Source of the DNA: Myxococcota bacterium
GTDB lineage: Bacteria > Myxococcota_A > UBA796 > UBA2385
Assembly (NCBI GenBank): GCA_044344255.1
Contig: JBIJDH010000002.1
Span: 448,001 to 512,000 of the forward strand
DNA length: 64,000 nt
Direction of reading: 5' to 3'
Under the pieces are notes generated by a model. That model had not been told where the DNA came from and searched no databases. It saw only the letters and a list, made by a program, of their open reading frames with translations. Both the position numbers and the translations under genes were made by a program. Of the stretch, positions 29,706-38,436 are shown one piece after another. Each line of letters opens with the position of its first letter. Position 1 is the first letter of the stretch.

Positions 29706-30976
29706 CAGGAGGCGCTCCCGACGAGGGCGGCCTGAACGGCCGCGCCGTAGCGCTGCTCGTGGGCCTGGGTGGGGAAGTAGACCTCGACGAGGTCCAGGTG
29801 GCGGCCGAGGGCGCGCACGGCGATGAGGTAGACGTAGGGCTGATCGGAGCGGTCGACGAGCCGCAGGAGCTCGTAGCCGCCGGCCTTCGAGCGCTCCGCG
29901 GTGGCGAAGTCGGGGCCGAGGCGCCGGGCGACGGCCTCCATCCAGAAGGCGCTGTCTCCCTCGGGGTCGTTCTTCAGCCGCCCCGTCCAGACCCGCGCGC
30001 CGTCCGCGCTCTCGGCGATGAAGGGCCCGCGCGGGTGCAGCGAGACGAGGCCAGCGGGGACGTCGAGCTCGAGCCGCTTCCCTCCCTGACCGACCTCGCG
30101 GGAGAAGGGGCTCAAGCGGCTCAGCCAGCGCATCCCGGCCGCTTCGTCCGCGCCGCTGCGGGCCGAGAGGACCGGCCGCTGCACGAGCTCGATCGTGATG
30201 CGGGAGTAGGCGGCGAGGTCGCCGAGGGTGCGCAGGCTGGCCTCGAGGCGCTCGATCTCCTCGGAGACCCGCTGGATCTCCGCCACCAGCATCAGCTTCT
30301 CTTCGGACTCCGTGGCCTTGGCGAGCAGGGCGACGAGGCGGCTGCGGGTGGCCGTCGCGGTGCGGAGGCGGAGGTCGGTGGCGGTGAAGGCGTCGGTCAC
30401 GTCGTCGGCGGAGATCTGCTTGCCGGTGAGCTCCCCGAGCTTGGAGACCTCCTTCACGGCCTCCTCGAAGCGCGCCACCGGCACCCGGATGACCACCCGA
30501 GACAGGTTGGCCTGCTCGAGGTGGCCGCCCACGCTCGCGGCGTACGCGGTGAGCGCGTCGACGCTCTTGTCGGGCTGGATGACCCGCAGCCGCAGCCAGC
30601 CCTCGTAGTGGACCATGCGCTCAGCGGCGGGCTCGGCGGCCGCCTCCACCGCGGTCGGGCTGCTCGAGGGGCCGCCCGGGGGCGGGCCGGGCGGGGGCGG
30701 CGGCGCCGACGGCCGAGGCCCCGCGCGCTTCGCCGCGGGTGCCTTGGTGGCTCCCGCCGAGCGGCCGCGCTCCGCAGGCATGGAGGCCGCGGCGAGCTGC
30801 CGGTCCGACTCCTCGGCCATGCCCCTGGAGTCCGAGGCGGGCATGGCGTAGGCCATGTCCGCCTCGGCGTACATCACGGGGGCCTCGGAGCGCTTGGCGC
30901 AGGCCACCGTGAGCACCAGCCACGAGGAGGGCAGCACGAACCGCCAGGCGAGGCGGCGAGGGGAGGGCAGGGGCAT
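29705..30976 (-). CDS. DUF4349-like lipoprotein
   Basis: Lipobox VAC; IRVPVARFE, DVTDAFT, EIERLEASL, YSRITIEL. Confidence 0.75.
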   Translation of the reverse strand: MPLPSPRRLAWRFVLPSSWLVLTVACAKRSEAPVMYAEADMAYAMPASDSRGMAEESDRQLAAASMPAERGRSAGATKAPAAKRAGPRPSAPPPPPGPPPGGPSSSPTAVEAAAEPAAERMVHYEGWLRLRVIQPDKSVDALTAYAASVGGHLEQANLSRVVIRVPVARFEEAVKEVSKLGELTGKQISADDVTDAFTATDLRLRTATATRSRLVALLAKATESEEKLMLVAEIQRVSEEIERLEASLRTLGDLAAYSRITIELVQRPVLSARSGADEAAGMRWLSRLSPFSREVGQGGKRLELDVPAGLVSLHPRGPFIAESADGARVWTGRLKNDPEGDSAFWMEAVARRLGPDFATAERSKAGGYELLRLVDRSDQPYVYLIAVRALGRHLDLVEVYFPTQAHEQRYGAAVQAALVGSAS

Positions 30977-31020
30977 CGAGGGCTCCGCGGCAGAGAGGCC
31001 CTCCTAATCTCGTCCTCTCC

Positions 31021-32268
31021 TCAGGGGCGGCCGCTCCGCCTCCGGCTCCCCACCCGCAGGCCCAGCAAGCCCAGCCAGGCGGCGAGGGCCAGCCCGAGGC
31101 CCCGGCCCGGCGCCGTCGCACAGCCGCCCTTGCCGTCGGAGTCGCCGTCACCGATCACGCGGGGTCGGGGCTCGTCGAGTCGGATCTGGGGCTCGTCTTC
31201 CAGCTCGGAGCCGGTGTCGCCGGTCGTCGAGCCGCCGTCGTCACCGTCGCCAGACCCGCCCGTGTCGCCGTCGCCCTCGGGGGGCTCGCCGACGGTGCCG
31301 GTGAAGCTCACGGTGAGGGTGTACGGGCCCGGGAACTCGCGGCTGCCCACATAGCTGTCGAGGGAGAGCCAGACCTCGCCGGGGCCCACCTCGACGGTGA
31401 CCTCGGTGTCGTCGCGGCCGAGGCAGCTCTCCCCGTCGGGCGCGGAGAGGACGTGGACGTCGATGTCGACCTCGTCCATGTCGCTCACGACCGCGGTGAG
31501 CGTGCCCGCGGTGGCGGCGGTGAAGCGGTACAGGCGCTCGGGGCCGCTCTCGTCGGCGGTGGGCTTGCAGGCGTAGACGTCGATGAGGTCGGAGGCGGCG
31601 CCGGCCGTCCAGCGGTCGTCCTGGTAGGGGAAGGCGGTGATCTCGATGGGGTCAGCGAGGGTGCCCGTGGTGGTGCCCTCCTCGATGTCGTCGAAGCGGA
31701 TCGGCTGGTATCCATCGACGTAGGTCCAGCCGCCCGAGCTGTTCATCCGCACCTTCGAGGCCCCGCCGGCGGCCTCGTAGAAGACGGGCCAGCCGCCCTC
31801 CGAGAGGTGGGTGAAGAGCACGATGTGGCTGCCGGCGTCGTTGATGGCGTCGGCGGGCGCGAGGTCGGACCAGTCGATCTCGTGGGTGACGCTCGAGAAG
31901 GTCGAGGTGCCGTAGTGACCCGAACCCCAGACCTCGGAGATGTAGCCGGAGCAGTCGACGCCGGTGGTGCACCACAGCACGCCGTCCCAGGAGTGGCCTC
32001 CGGCGCCGTAGCCATCGGCGATCTGGGCGTCGAACTCGCTCAGGGTGACGTAGCCGCCCCAGTCGTAGGGCAGGCCCTGGAAGGTGCCGGCGCCGTAGTC
32101 GCTCTCGTAGTCGGCGTCGCAGTCGGCGGTGGTGTTGGCGGAGGTGGCGGTCCAGCGGTGGGTGGCGTAGGCCGCGGCGGCGTCGAGGGCGGCCTCGCGG
32201 GTGGTGGCCGAGGCGGGGGAGAGCGCGCCGAGCAGCAGCGGAACGCCGAGCGAGAGGAGGCCGGTCAT
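31021..32268 (-). CDS. Secreted NlpC/P60-like Cys hydrolase with PPC-like domain and MYXO-CTERM-like tail
   Basis: PYDWGG, GVDCSGYIS, HIVLF; ESGPERLY/DIDVHVL module; GGCAT + TM + RRR tail. Confidence 0.7.
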   Translation of the reverse strand: MTGLLSLGVPLLLGALSPASATTREAALDAAAAYATHRWTATSANTTADCDADYESDYGAGTFQGLPYDWGGYVTLSEFDAQIADGYGAGGHSWDGVLWCTTGVDCSGYISEVWGSGHYGTSTFSSVTHEIDWSDLAPADAINDAGSHIVLFTHLSEGGWPVFYEAAGGASKVRMNSSGGWTYVDGYQPIRFDDIEEGTTTGTLADPIEITAFPYQDDRWTAGAASDLIDVYACKPTADESGPERLYRFTAATAGTLTAVVSDMDEVDIDVHVLSAPDGESCLGRDDTEVTVEVGPGEVWLSLDSYVGSREFPGPYTLTVSFTGTVGEPPEGDGDTGGSGDGDDGGSTTGDTGSELEDEPQIRLDEPRPRVIGDGDSDGKGGCATAPGRGLGLALAAWLGLLGLRVGSRRRSGRP

Positions 32269-33101
32269 GGGCGCACCCGGACGATGTGCAGCCCGTCGGG
32301 CTGAGGGTCGAGCCAGCCGACCTCGCCGTCGGGGCCCACCGCGATCGCGGCGGCGGGGGCGTAGACGGCGCTCGGGCCGGGGAGGCGGAGCTCGGCGGCG
32401 GGCGAGGCGATCGGGCGGAGGGGGTAGAGGCCGCGGTGGGTGACGGCCCCGCGGGCGCCGTGCTCGACGAGGAGGTGATCGCCGAGGACCCTCACCGCCA
32501 CGACGTCAGCGCCGAGGTTGAGCGGCTGACCGTCGAGGGCGAGGCGGCCTTGGCGGAGCGTGGCGCGGTGAGCGGGCGGTCGCAGGAGCGGCCGGCGGGC
32601 GGGGCCGAGGCCCCCCGAAGGCAGGGTTGCGGCGGGGTGGGCGTTGCCGAAGGCGTCGACCACCAGCGCTTCATCTCCGGCCACGACGAGCTCACCCCCG
32701 ATGGGGCAGAGGTCGTCGATGCGGCCGCGGGCCTGCTCGTTGAGGCCGCGGAAGCGCCGGAGCTCCCGGGCGCCGTCGTGGAGCACCAGCAGGTCACCCT
32801 CGGCGGTGAAGGCGAGGCCGGTGGCGGCGGGCAACGAGAGGCGGCCGAAGCTGCCGTGGACCTCGGCGTGTACGGGATCCCAGACCGCCCAGGCGCCATC
32901 GGGGCCGAGCGCGAGGAGGTCGGGGCCGAAGGCGGCCTGCTCCGGGAGGGCAGGGGAGAGGCCGACCGATCCCCAGGGGAGGACGAGCTCAACCCGATCT
33001 TCACCGCTGGCGGGGGCCCCCGCCCCCGGCGCGCCCAGCGTGGAGGGGGCACCTGCGAGGCTGGCCGAGATCAGAGTCCACCACATCAGAGTCCAGCGCA
33101 T
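32265..33101 (-). CDS. Secreted hypothetical protein (propeller-like), coupled to the NlpC/P60-like gene
   Basis: Signal peptide; ATGA overlap at 32265-32268. Confidence 0.6.
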   Translation of the reverse strand: MRWTLMWWTLISASLAGAPSTLGAPGAGAPASGEDRVELVLPWGSVGLSPALPEQAAFGPDLLALGPDGAWAVWDPVHAEVHGSFGRLSLPAATGLAFTAEGDLLVLHDGARELRRFRGLNEQARGRIDDLCPIGGELVVAGDEALVVDAFGNAHPAATLPSGGLGPARRPLLRPPAHRATLRQGRLALDGQPLNLGADVVAVRVLGDHLLVEHGARGAVTHRGLYPLRPIASPAAELRLPGPSAVYAPAAAIAVGPDGEVGWLDPQPDGLHIVRVRP

Positions 33102-33151
33102 AGGACGATCCTTATCGCGCCCTTCGGCGGGCTGCGCTAACGACGCAGCCG

Positions 33152-34357
33152 ATGCACGTGGCCTTCGTCAACCTCTGGTGGCCGCCCGCCCTCGAGAGCC
33201 CCGCCGCGGTGGTGGCCGCCGATCCGCTGCGGCGCGCGCTCTCCCACGCCCTGCTCGCGCGGGGGCTGCGGGTGACCGTCATCCAGGAGTGGCGAGAGGA
33301 CGCGATCTTCGAGGACCGTGGCGCCGAGGGGGGCTCGGTCACCTGGCGCTTCGTGCGCACCCGGCCCTCCACCCGCGCCCTCCGCGCCCTCCTCGGCGCC
33401 GCCGGGCGGCGCGACGCCTTCGTGAAGGCGCCCTCGACGGCGCCGCTCGCCGCCCTCGCGGCGCTCCACCCCGACCTCATCCACTCCTTCGACCTCACCG
33501 CCACCGCCAGCCTCGCCTTGCTCGGCCGTTATGCTCGCGGGCGCGGGATCCCGCTGGTGGTGCACTTTCACGGCGGGGCCCCGGCTCGGATGGCGCCCCT
33601 GCGCGCCCTCGAGCGCCACGCCCTCTCCCGCTGTGACCGACTGCTCTTCACGGCCCGAGCGCAGGGCCTGGCCTGGGTGGACGCTGGGGCGCTCCCCGAT
33701 GATCGGCGCCTCGTCGAGGTCTTCGAGACCACCACCCTCTTCAGCCCGGGCCCGGCCCCCCGCCTGGAGGGCGCCCCCGCCTGCCTCGCGGTGGGTCGGC
33801 TCGACGCCGTGAAGGACCCGCTCACGCTGATCGAGGGCTTTCGGCGCCTGCGGGAGGCCCGCCCCGGGGCCGTGCTCCACCTCGCTTACACCGAGGCGCC
33901 CGCGCGGGCCGCGGTGGAGCGGGCGGCGGCGGGCCTGCCGGTTCGAATGCTGGGGCGCGTCGAGGATCCGCAGCCCCTCTATCGCGGCGCCGATTTGTTC
34001 TTGCAGGCGAGCACCCGAGAGGTCTGCGGGCGAGCCCCCCTCGAGGCGATGGCCAGCGGCCTCGTGCCGGTGCTGAGCGACATCCCGGCCTTTCGCCGCC
34101 TGACAGGTGACGGCGCGGTGGGCCGCCTCTTTCGAATGGGAGATCCAGACGATCTGGCACGGGCAGCGCTCTCGGTCACCGACCCCGAGGTCGAGGGGCG
34201 GCGCGCGCGGGCCGCCTTCGAGGCCCGGCTCTCTCCGGCGGCCCTCGCCCGCGAGGTCCTGGCCGTCTACGAGAGCTGCGCCCAGGAGAGGAGGCGGAGC
34301 GGGCCGCGCACCGCCGAGAGCCCGCCTGCGGCCAGCCAGTCGAGCTCCTCGCGGTAG
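33152..34357 (+). CDS. Glycosyltransferase family 4 (GT-B)
   Basis: VGRLDAVKD, ADLFLQAS, E.CG..PLEAMASG, SDIP. Confidence 0.85.
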   Translation: MHVAFVNLWWPPALESPAAVVAADPLRRALSHALLARGLRVTVIQEWREDAIFEDRGAEGGSVTWRFVRTRPSTRALRALLGAAGRRDAFVKAPSTAPLAALAALHPDLIHSFDLTATASLALLGRYARGRGIPLVVHFHGGAPARMAPLRALERHALSRCDRLLFTARAQGLAWVDAGALPDDRRLVEVFETTTLFSPGPAPRLEGAPACLAVGRLDAVKDPLTLIEGFRRLREARPGAVLHLAYTEAPARAAVERAAAGLPVRMLGRVEDPQPLYRGADLFLQASTREVCGRAPLEAMASGLVPVLSDIPAFRRLTGDGAVGRLFRMGDPDDLARAALSVTDPEVEGRRARAAFEARLSPAALAREVLAVYESCAQERRRSGPRTAESPPAASQSSSSR

Positions 34358-35025
34358 GTGGGGTCGTGGGGGTTGCCCGGGTGGGCCATCAGCTCGACGC
34401 TGGCCCCGCGGAGGAGGCGGCGGTGGAGGGGGTCGCGGAGGAGCGCTCGGAAGACCCGCACGCTCATGAACTCGTCAGTGGTGAGCGCCCCGTCGGCGCG
34501 GAGGGCCCTCCGGAAGCGCCGAGCCCGGAGCCACTGGGCGAGGCCCCGCGCGCCCACCCCGAGCCGCCAGGCCCCCATCGTGCGCGTGCGGCGGAGGCCG
34601 AAGCGGCGCCGAAGCTCGGCGACGACGCCGAAGAGGAGGGGCTGGTGGTGGAGGTGCTGGTGGGAGTCGAGGTGCGAGATCACGAGGCCCGCCGCCCGCA
34701 CCCGCTCGATCTGCGCCGCCCACTCGCCGAGCACCGCCGCCCGCTCGGCGGGCCCGGCGTGGAGGCCGAGGGGAGAGAGCGTCCCACCCTGGAGCAACGG
34801 GGTGAGCCCCGGGTGGTGGGTCAAGGGCGGCCCCTCAGAGAGGTTGAGGTGGACCCCGACCGGCGGTGAGCCCAGGCCGCGCAGCCGCCCCGCCGCGTCT
34901 TCAAAGGCCGGCCCGTTGGCCATCAGCGAGGTGGAGCTGCACCAGCCGAGCCGGAGCGCTCGCTCGATCGCCTCGTTGATCTCGACGCTGAGGCCGAGAT
35001 CGTCTGCGTTAACGATCACCCGCAC
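34267..35025 (-). CDS. ChbG/HpnK (YdjC) family deacetylase
   Basis: NADDLG, GVHLNL, HLDSHQHLH, ELMAHPG; 3' end overlaps the GT4 gene convergently. Confidence 0.88.
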   Translation of the reverse strand: MRVIVNADDLGLSVEINEAIERALRLGWCSSTSLMANGPAFEDAAGRLRGLGSPPVGVHLNLSEGPPLTHHPGLTPLLQGGTLSPLGLHAGPAERAAVLGEWAAQIERVRAAGLVISHLDSHQHLHHQPLLFGVVAELRRRFGLRRTRTMGAWRLGVGARGLAQWLRARRFRRALRADGALTTDEFMSVRVFRALLRDPLHRRLLRGASVELMAHPGNPHDPTYREELDWLAAGGLSAVRGPLRLLSWAQLS

Positions 35026-35056
35026 GCCGCCGCCCTTATCCCTCAGCCGTCAGCCG

Positions 35057-36874
35057 TCAGCGGTCGCGGCCGCCGCGCTTGGTGCCCTTGCGGTCGTCTC
35101 GGCGGCTGTCCTTCTTGGTGTCCTTCTTGGTGTCTTTCTTGGTGTCCTTCTTCGTGTCCTTCTTGGTGTCCTTCTTGGTGTCTTTCTTGGTGTCCTTCTT
35201 CGGGTCCTGGTCGGTCGTCTCCTGGTCGGCCATGAAGTACAGGCCGCCGCCGGCGCCGAAGACGAAGAAGCCGCCGCAGATCAGCGCGGCGACGATGCCG
35301 ACCACGGCGACGATGGCGGTGAGCGAGAAGCCTCCCTTCTCGTCGTCGACGGTGGCATAGGGGACCTCCGCAGGTTTGGGCGGCGGGAGGGGGGCCGAGC
35401 GCGCGGGCTCCGCAGCCTTGAGCGGCTCCGCAGCCTTGAGCGGCTCGACGGCCTTGGGCGGCGCCAACGGGGGGGCGGAACGCGGGGGGATGCCTTGCAC
35501 CGGCTGGAGCAGCGGTGAGACCGGCGGCTTCTGGGGCTCGTAGGGCAGCACGGGCTCGTAGGGCTTCGGGGGCTCGTAGGGCCGGGCGGGCTGGTAGGGT
35601 CGGGTCGCCCCCTCGTACGGCTTGAGGAGCGGGCTGCCCTCGGGGCGACCGAGCGGCGGCGGTGCTGGCTCAACGGGGAGGGGAGGGGGCGCGAGGCGCG
35701 GGGCCTCGACGGGGAGCGGCGGCGACACCGCGGCGGCGACCGCGACCGCGGCGGAGGCTGCGGCGACCGTGCCAGCGACCGCTGGGGCGATCTTCCCGGT
35801 GGGCAGCTCCACCGTGGAGGTCGGCGCGCCGAAGTCGGGCAGCGGGGGCGGGAGGTCGCCGCTCAGGGGGGGCGGCGCGATCGGGAGCGCGGCGAGGGGT
35901 GGCGGGATCGGGAGCGCGGCGAGGGGCGGCGCGACCTCCTGCGGGGGAGCCGGCGGCGCGGCCTCCGGCGGACGGAGGAAGTCTTCGCGCCACTTCTCGG
36001 CGAGGGGGTGCAGGGTCGCGAGCCCGGCCTCGCGGGCGGAGCGCCAGACCACGGCGTCGGCGGCGAGGCGGGTGCCGAGGAACCGGTAGACCGGCAGCAC
36101 ATCGGCCCCGACGGCCAGCAGATCGGCGGCGACATCGAGGCCCTTCAGGGCGACGGGGAGGCCGCGCTCGATGGCGTCGGCGGCGGGGCCGGCGTCGCGG
36201 GCGGTGGCGAAGGCCACGCTGTCGATCAGAAAGACGAGGTCTGGGAGGCGCAGGCGGGCGCGGCTCACGGCGTCGGCCCCGACGACGGCGGCGAGCTTCC
36301 CGGCCTGCTCGTCGAGGTGCTGGGTGACAAAGCCCGCCAGGACGCCACGGGCGCCGATGGTCTCCTGGAGGAAGGGCAGGGCGACCTCGGCGGCGGCCAT
36401 GTAGGCGACGATGCCACGCCCGGCCTCGATCGCGATTAGCTCGCCAATGGGCTCCTCCTCTCCAGGGAAGAGGCGCTCGAGCAGGTGAGCGAGGGCCAGG
36501 GCCTTGAGGACAGCGTCCTTGGCCTGCATGTCGGCCCAGCCCGCGGGGGGGGCCACGCTGCCGCCCTTCTTGCTCCGGTAGAGCTGGAAGGCGGAGCGCA
36601 CGCTGGTGAAGATCGTGACTACGCCGTCGCCGGCGTCGAGGCCGGTGGCGATCCAGACCGCTTTGCGGACGGCCTCGTCCTGGCTCAGGGCGCGCGCACG
36701 CTGCCCGATCGCCCCGGAAGGCGCCTGCGTGTAAACCGTAGAGATGGCGTCGAGGCTGCGGCCCTCGGACAGCGGGTCTACATAGGGGAGCGCGTTCAGG
36801 AGCCCGTTGCAGAGCAGGACCGTGACGTCGCGGGGGCCGAACTTATCGAGCTGGGCGTCAAGATCGGAGGACAA
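35057..36874 (-). CDS. Hypothetical bitopic protein: helical N-domain, Pro-rich linker, TM helix, KKDT-repeat tail
   Basis: TTG start after GGAG; TM LTAIVAVVGIVAALIC; 12-bp repeat tail. Confidence 0.7.
   Translation of the reverse strand: MSSDLDAQLDKFGPRDVTVLLCNGLLNALPYVDPLSEGRSLDAISTVYTQAPSGAIGQRARALSQDEAVRKAVWIATGLDAGDGVVTIFTSVRSAFQLYRSKKGGSVAPPAGWADMQAKDAVLKALALAHLLERLFPGEEEPIGELIAIEAGRGIVAYMAAAEVALPFLQETIGARGVLAGFVTQHLDEQAGKLAAVVGADAVSRARLRLPDLVFLIDSVAFATARDAGPAADAIERGLPVALKGLDVAADLLAVGADVLPVYRFLGTRLAADAVVWRSAREAGLATLHPLAEKWREDFLRPPEAAPPAPPQEVAPPLAALPIPPPLAALPIAPPPLSGDLPPPLPDFGAPTSTVELPTGKIAPAVAGTVAAASAAVAVAAAVSPPLPVEAPRLAPPPLPVEPAPPPLGRPEGSPLLKPYEGATRPYQPARPYEPPKPYEPVLPYEPQKPPVSPLLQPVQGIPPRSAPPLAPPKAVEPLKAAEPLKAAEPARSAPLPPPKPAEVPYATVDDEKGGFSLTAIVAVVGIVAALICGGFFVFGAGGGLYFMADQETTDQDPKKDTKKDTKKDTKKDTKKDTKKDTKKDTKKDSRRDDRKGTKRGGRDR
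35105..35200 (-). repeat. 12-bp coding repeat x8 (KKDT x7, KKDS)
   Basis: Read directly from the sequence. Confidence 0.95.
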
Positions 36875-36901
36875 GGTGGCTCCCGGTTATCGCGCCCGCG
36901 C

Positions 36902-36941
36902 TGCTTAGCCTGTCTCAGGGGTGCTTAGCCTGTCTCGGGGC
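36902..36941. repeat. 20-bp direct duplication (tgcttagcctgtctc core)
   Basis: tgcttagcctgtctcagggg / tgcttagcctgtctcggggc, intergenic. Confidence 0.85.
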
Positions 36942-36977
36942 CGAAGATCCACCAGCGCGCGGTGAAGCCGGCCGCCT

Positions 36978-38363
36978 TCAGCGCGGCGCGCCGAGGATCT
37001 CGCCCACCACACGCTCGGCGGACTGGAGCGCCCCCTCGAAGTAGCCGGTCCACTCCGTCGCGGTCTCCGTGCCCGCGAAGTGCAGCGGACCCACCACGGC
37101 GCGGAGGGCGGGGCCGTCCCGGCCGAGGACGCCGGGCGGGGGCATGCCGACGGGGCAGCCGCCGCTCCAGGGCTCGTCGCTCCAGTCGTGCTCGATGACC
37201 TCCTGGGCGTCGCGGGCCGCGGGCCCGAAGAAGTGGGCGAGGTGGTCGAGGAAGCGGGCGCGGCGCTCATCCAGGCTCCGTTCCCGGTGGCGGCTCGCCT
37301 CGTCGCCGACCACGAAGCCGACCAACGCCGAGACCTCGCCGCGCACGCTCGAATTGTCGTAGGTGAAGGCGCAGAGCCCGCCGTGGGAGAGGGACTCCCC
37401 CGAGAGGCCCTGCGCTCGCCAGAAGGGGCGCTCGTAGAGCGCGAGGCACTTGATCGTGCGGCCCATCGGCATCGCGCCCATCAAGCGGCTCCGCTCGTTC
37501 GGCAAGGGCGGGCGGAGGTCGAGGCGGGCCGCCGGGGCCGGCGGGAGGGCGACGATCAGCCGCCGGGCTGCATAGGCGGCCCCCTTCGACCAGGCGACCA
37601 CGCCGTCCTGGTCCCAGTCGATCCGATCGACCGGGGTCGAGAGCTGGACCGGTCGCTGGAGCGCGGCGGCGAGGCGGAGGCTGATCGACTGCGCGCCCTC
37701 GACGAAGCGCCGCTCTTGGGCCCCGCCCGCCACCTCGGCGAGGCGCTCGACCCGGCCCGCCGCCTTGCCGTACGCGAGGAAGTACAGCATCGAGAGCTCC
37801 CGCGGCTCGGCCGACCAGCAGGAGCGGATGAGGAGGTCGACCAGCTTCCGCGTCTCCGGGCGGTGGAGGTGCGCGGCGACCCAGGCCTCGGCGCTCACGG
37901 CGTCGAGGGCGGCCGCGTCTTCGGCGGTCCACGGGGCCTCGACCGGCACCCCACGGGCCAGCCAGGCGATGCGCCAGAGCGTCGCCTGAACGCGCACGAG
38001 GTCGAGCAGGGAGAGGGCAGGGAGATCGCCCTCATAGCGCCGCACGCCGTCGCCGAGGTCGAGGAGCTTGGTGCCGCTGTGGTAGGTCGGGAAGGTCTCG
38101 AGGCCGAATTCCTCGATCAGGGCCTGCAGCCGAGGCTGGCGGGCGCCGATCCACTGTCCGCCCACGTCGAAGGTCGCCCCACGCACCGGCACGCTGCACG
38201 TGCGGCCACCGACCCGGTCTCGGGCCTCGAGCACGAGCACGTCCTGGCCCGCCCGGCAGAGCGCGCGCGCCGCTGAGAGCCCGGCGATGCCGGCCCCGAC
38301 CACGATCACGTCGGCCCGCCCGGCCTCGCCTCCGCGCGCTGTCGCCCCCTGCTCCTGTGCCAT
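36978..38363 (-). CDS. Flavin monoamine oxidase family protein
   Basis: VVGAGIAGL, LEARDRVGGR, DVGGQWIG, FAGTETA..W.GYFEGA. Confidence 0.9.
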   Translation of the reverse strand: MAQEQGATARGGEAGRADVIVVGAGIAGLSAARALCRAGQDVLVLEARDRVGGRTCSVPVRGATFDVGGQWIGARQPRLQALIEEFGLETFPTYHSGTKLLDLGDGVRRYEGDLPALSLLDLVRVQATLWRIAWLARGVPVEAPWTAEDAAALDAVSAEAWVAAHLHRPETRKLVDLLIRSCWSAEPRELSMLYFLAYGKAAGRVERLAEVAGGAQERRFVEGAQSISLRLAAALQRPVQLSTPVDRIDWDQDGVVAWSKGAAYAARRLIVALPPAPAARLDLRPPLPNERSRLMGAMPMGRTIKCLALYERPFWRAQGLSGESLSHGGLCAFTYDNSSVRGEVSALVGFVVGDEASRHRERSLDERRARFLDHLAHFFGPAARDAQEVIEHDWSDEPWSGGCPVGMPPPGVLGRDGPALRAVVGPLHFAGTETATEWTGYFEGALQSAERVVGEILGAPR

Positions 38364-38436
38364 CCTGCCCCCCGCCGCGCCGCAGCCCGAGCGCCGTGGT
38401 ACCACAGCGGCCTCCCCTTGTCTGGAACCCCCGATC

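Noticed and set aside
34267..34357. 91-bp convergent overlap of GT4 and ChbG-like genes as a regulatory device
   Set aside because: The GT4 tail is low-complexity; stop-codon drift in GC-rich DNA explains it.
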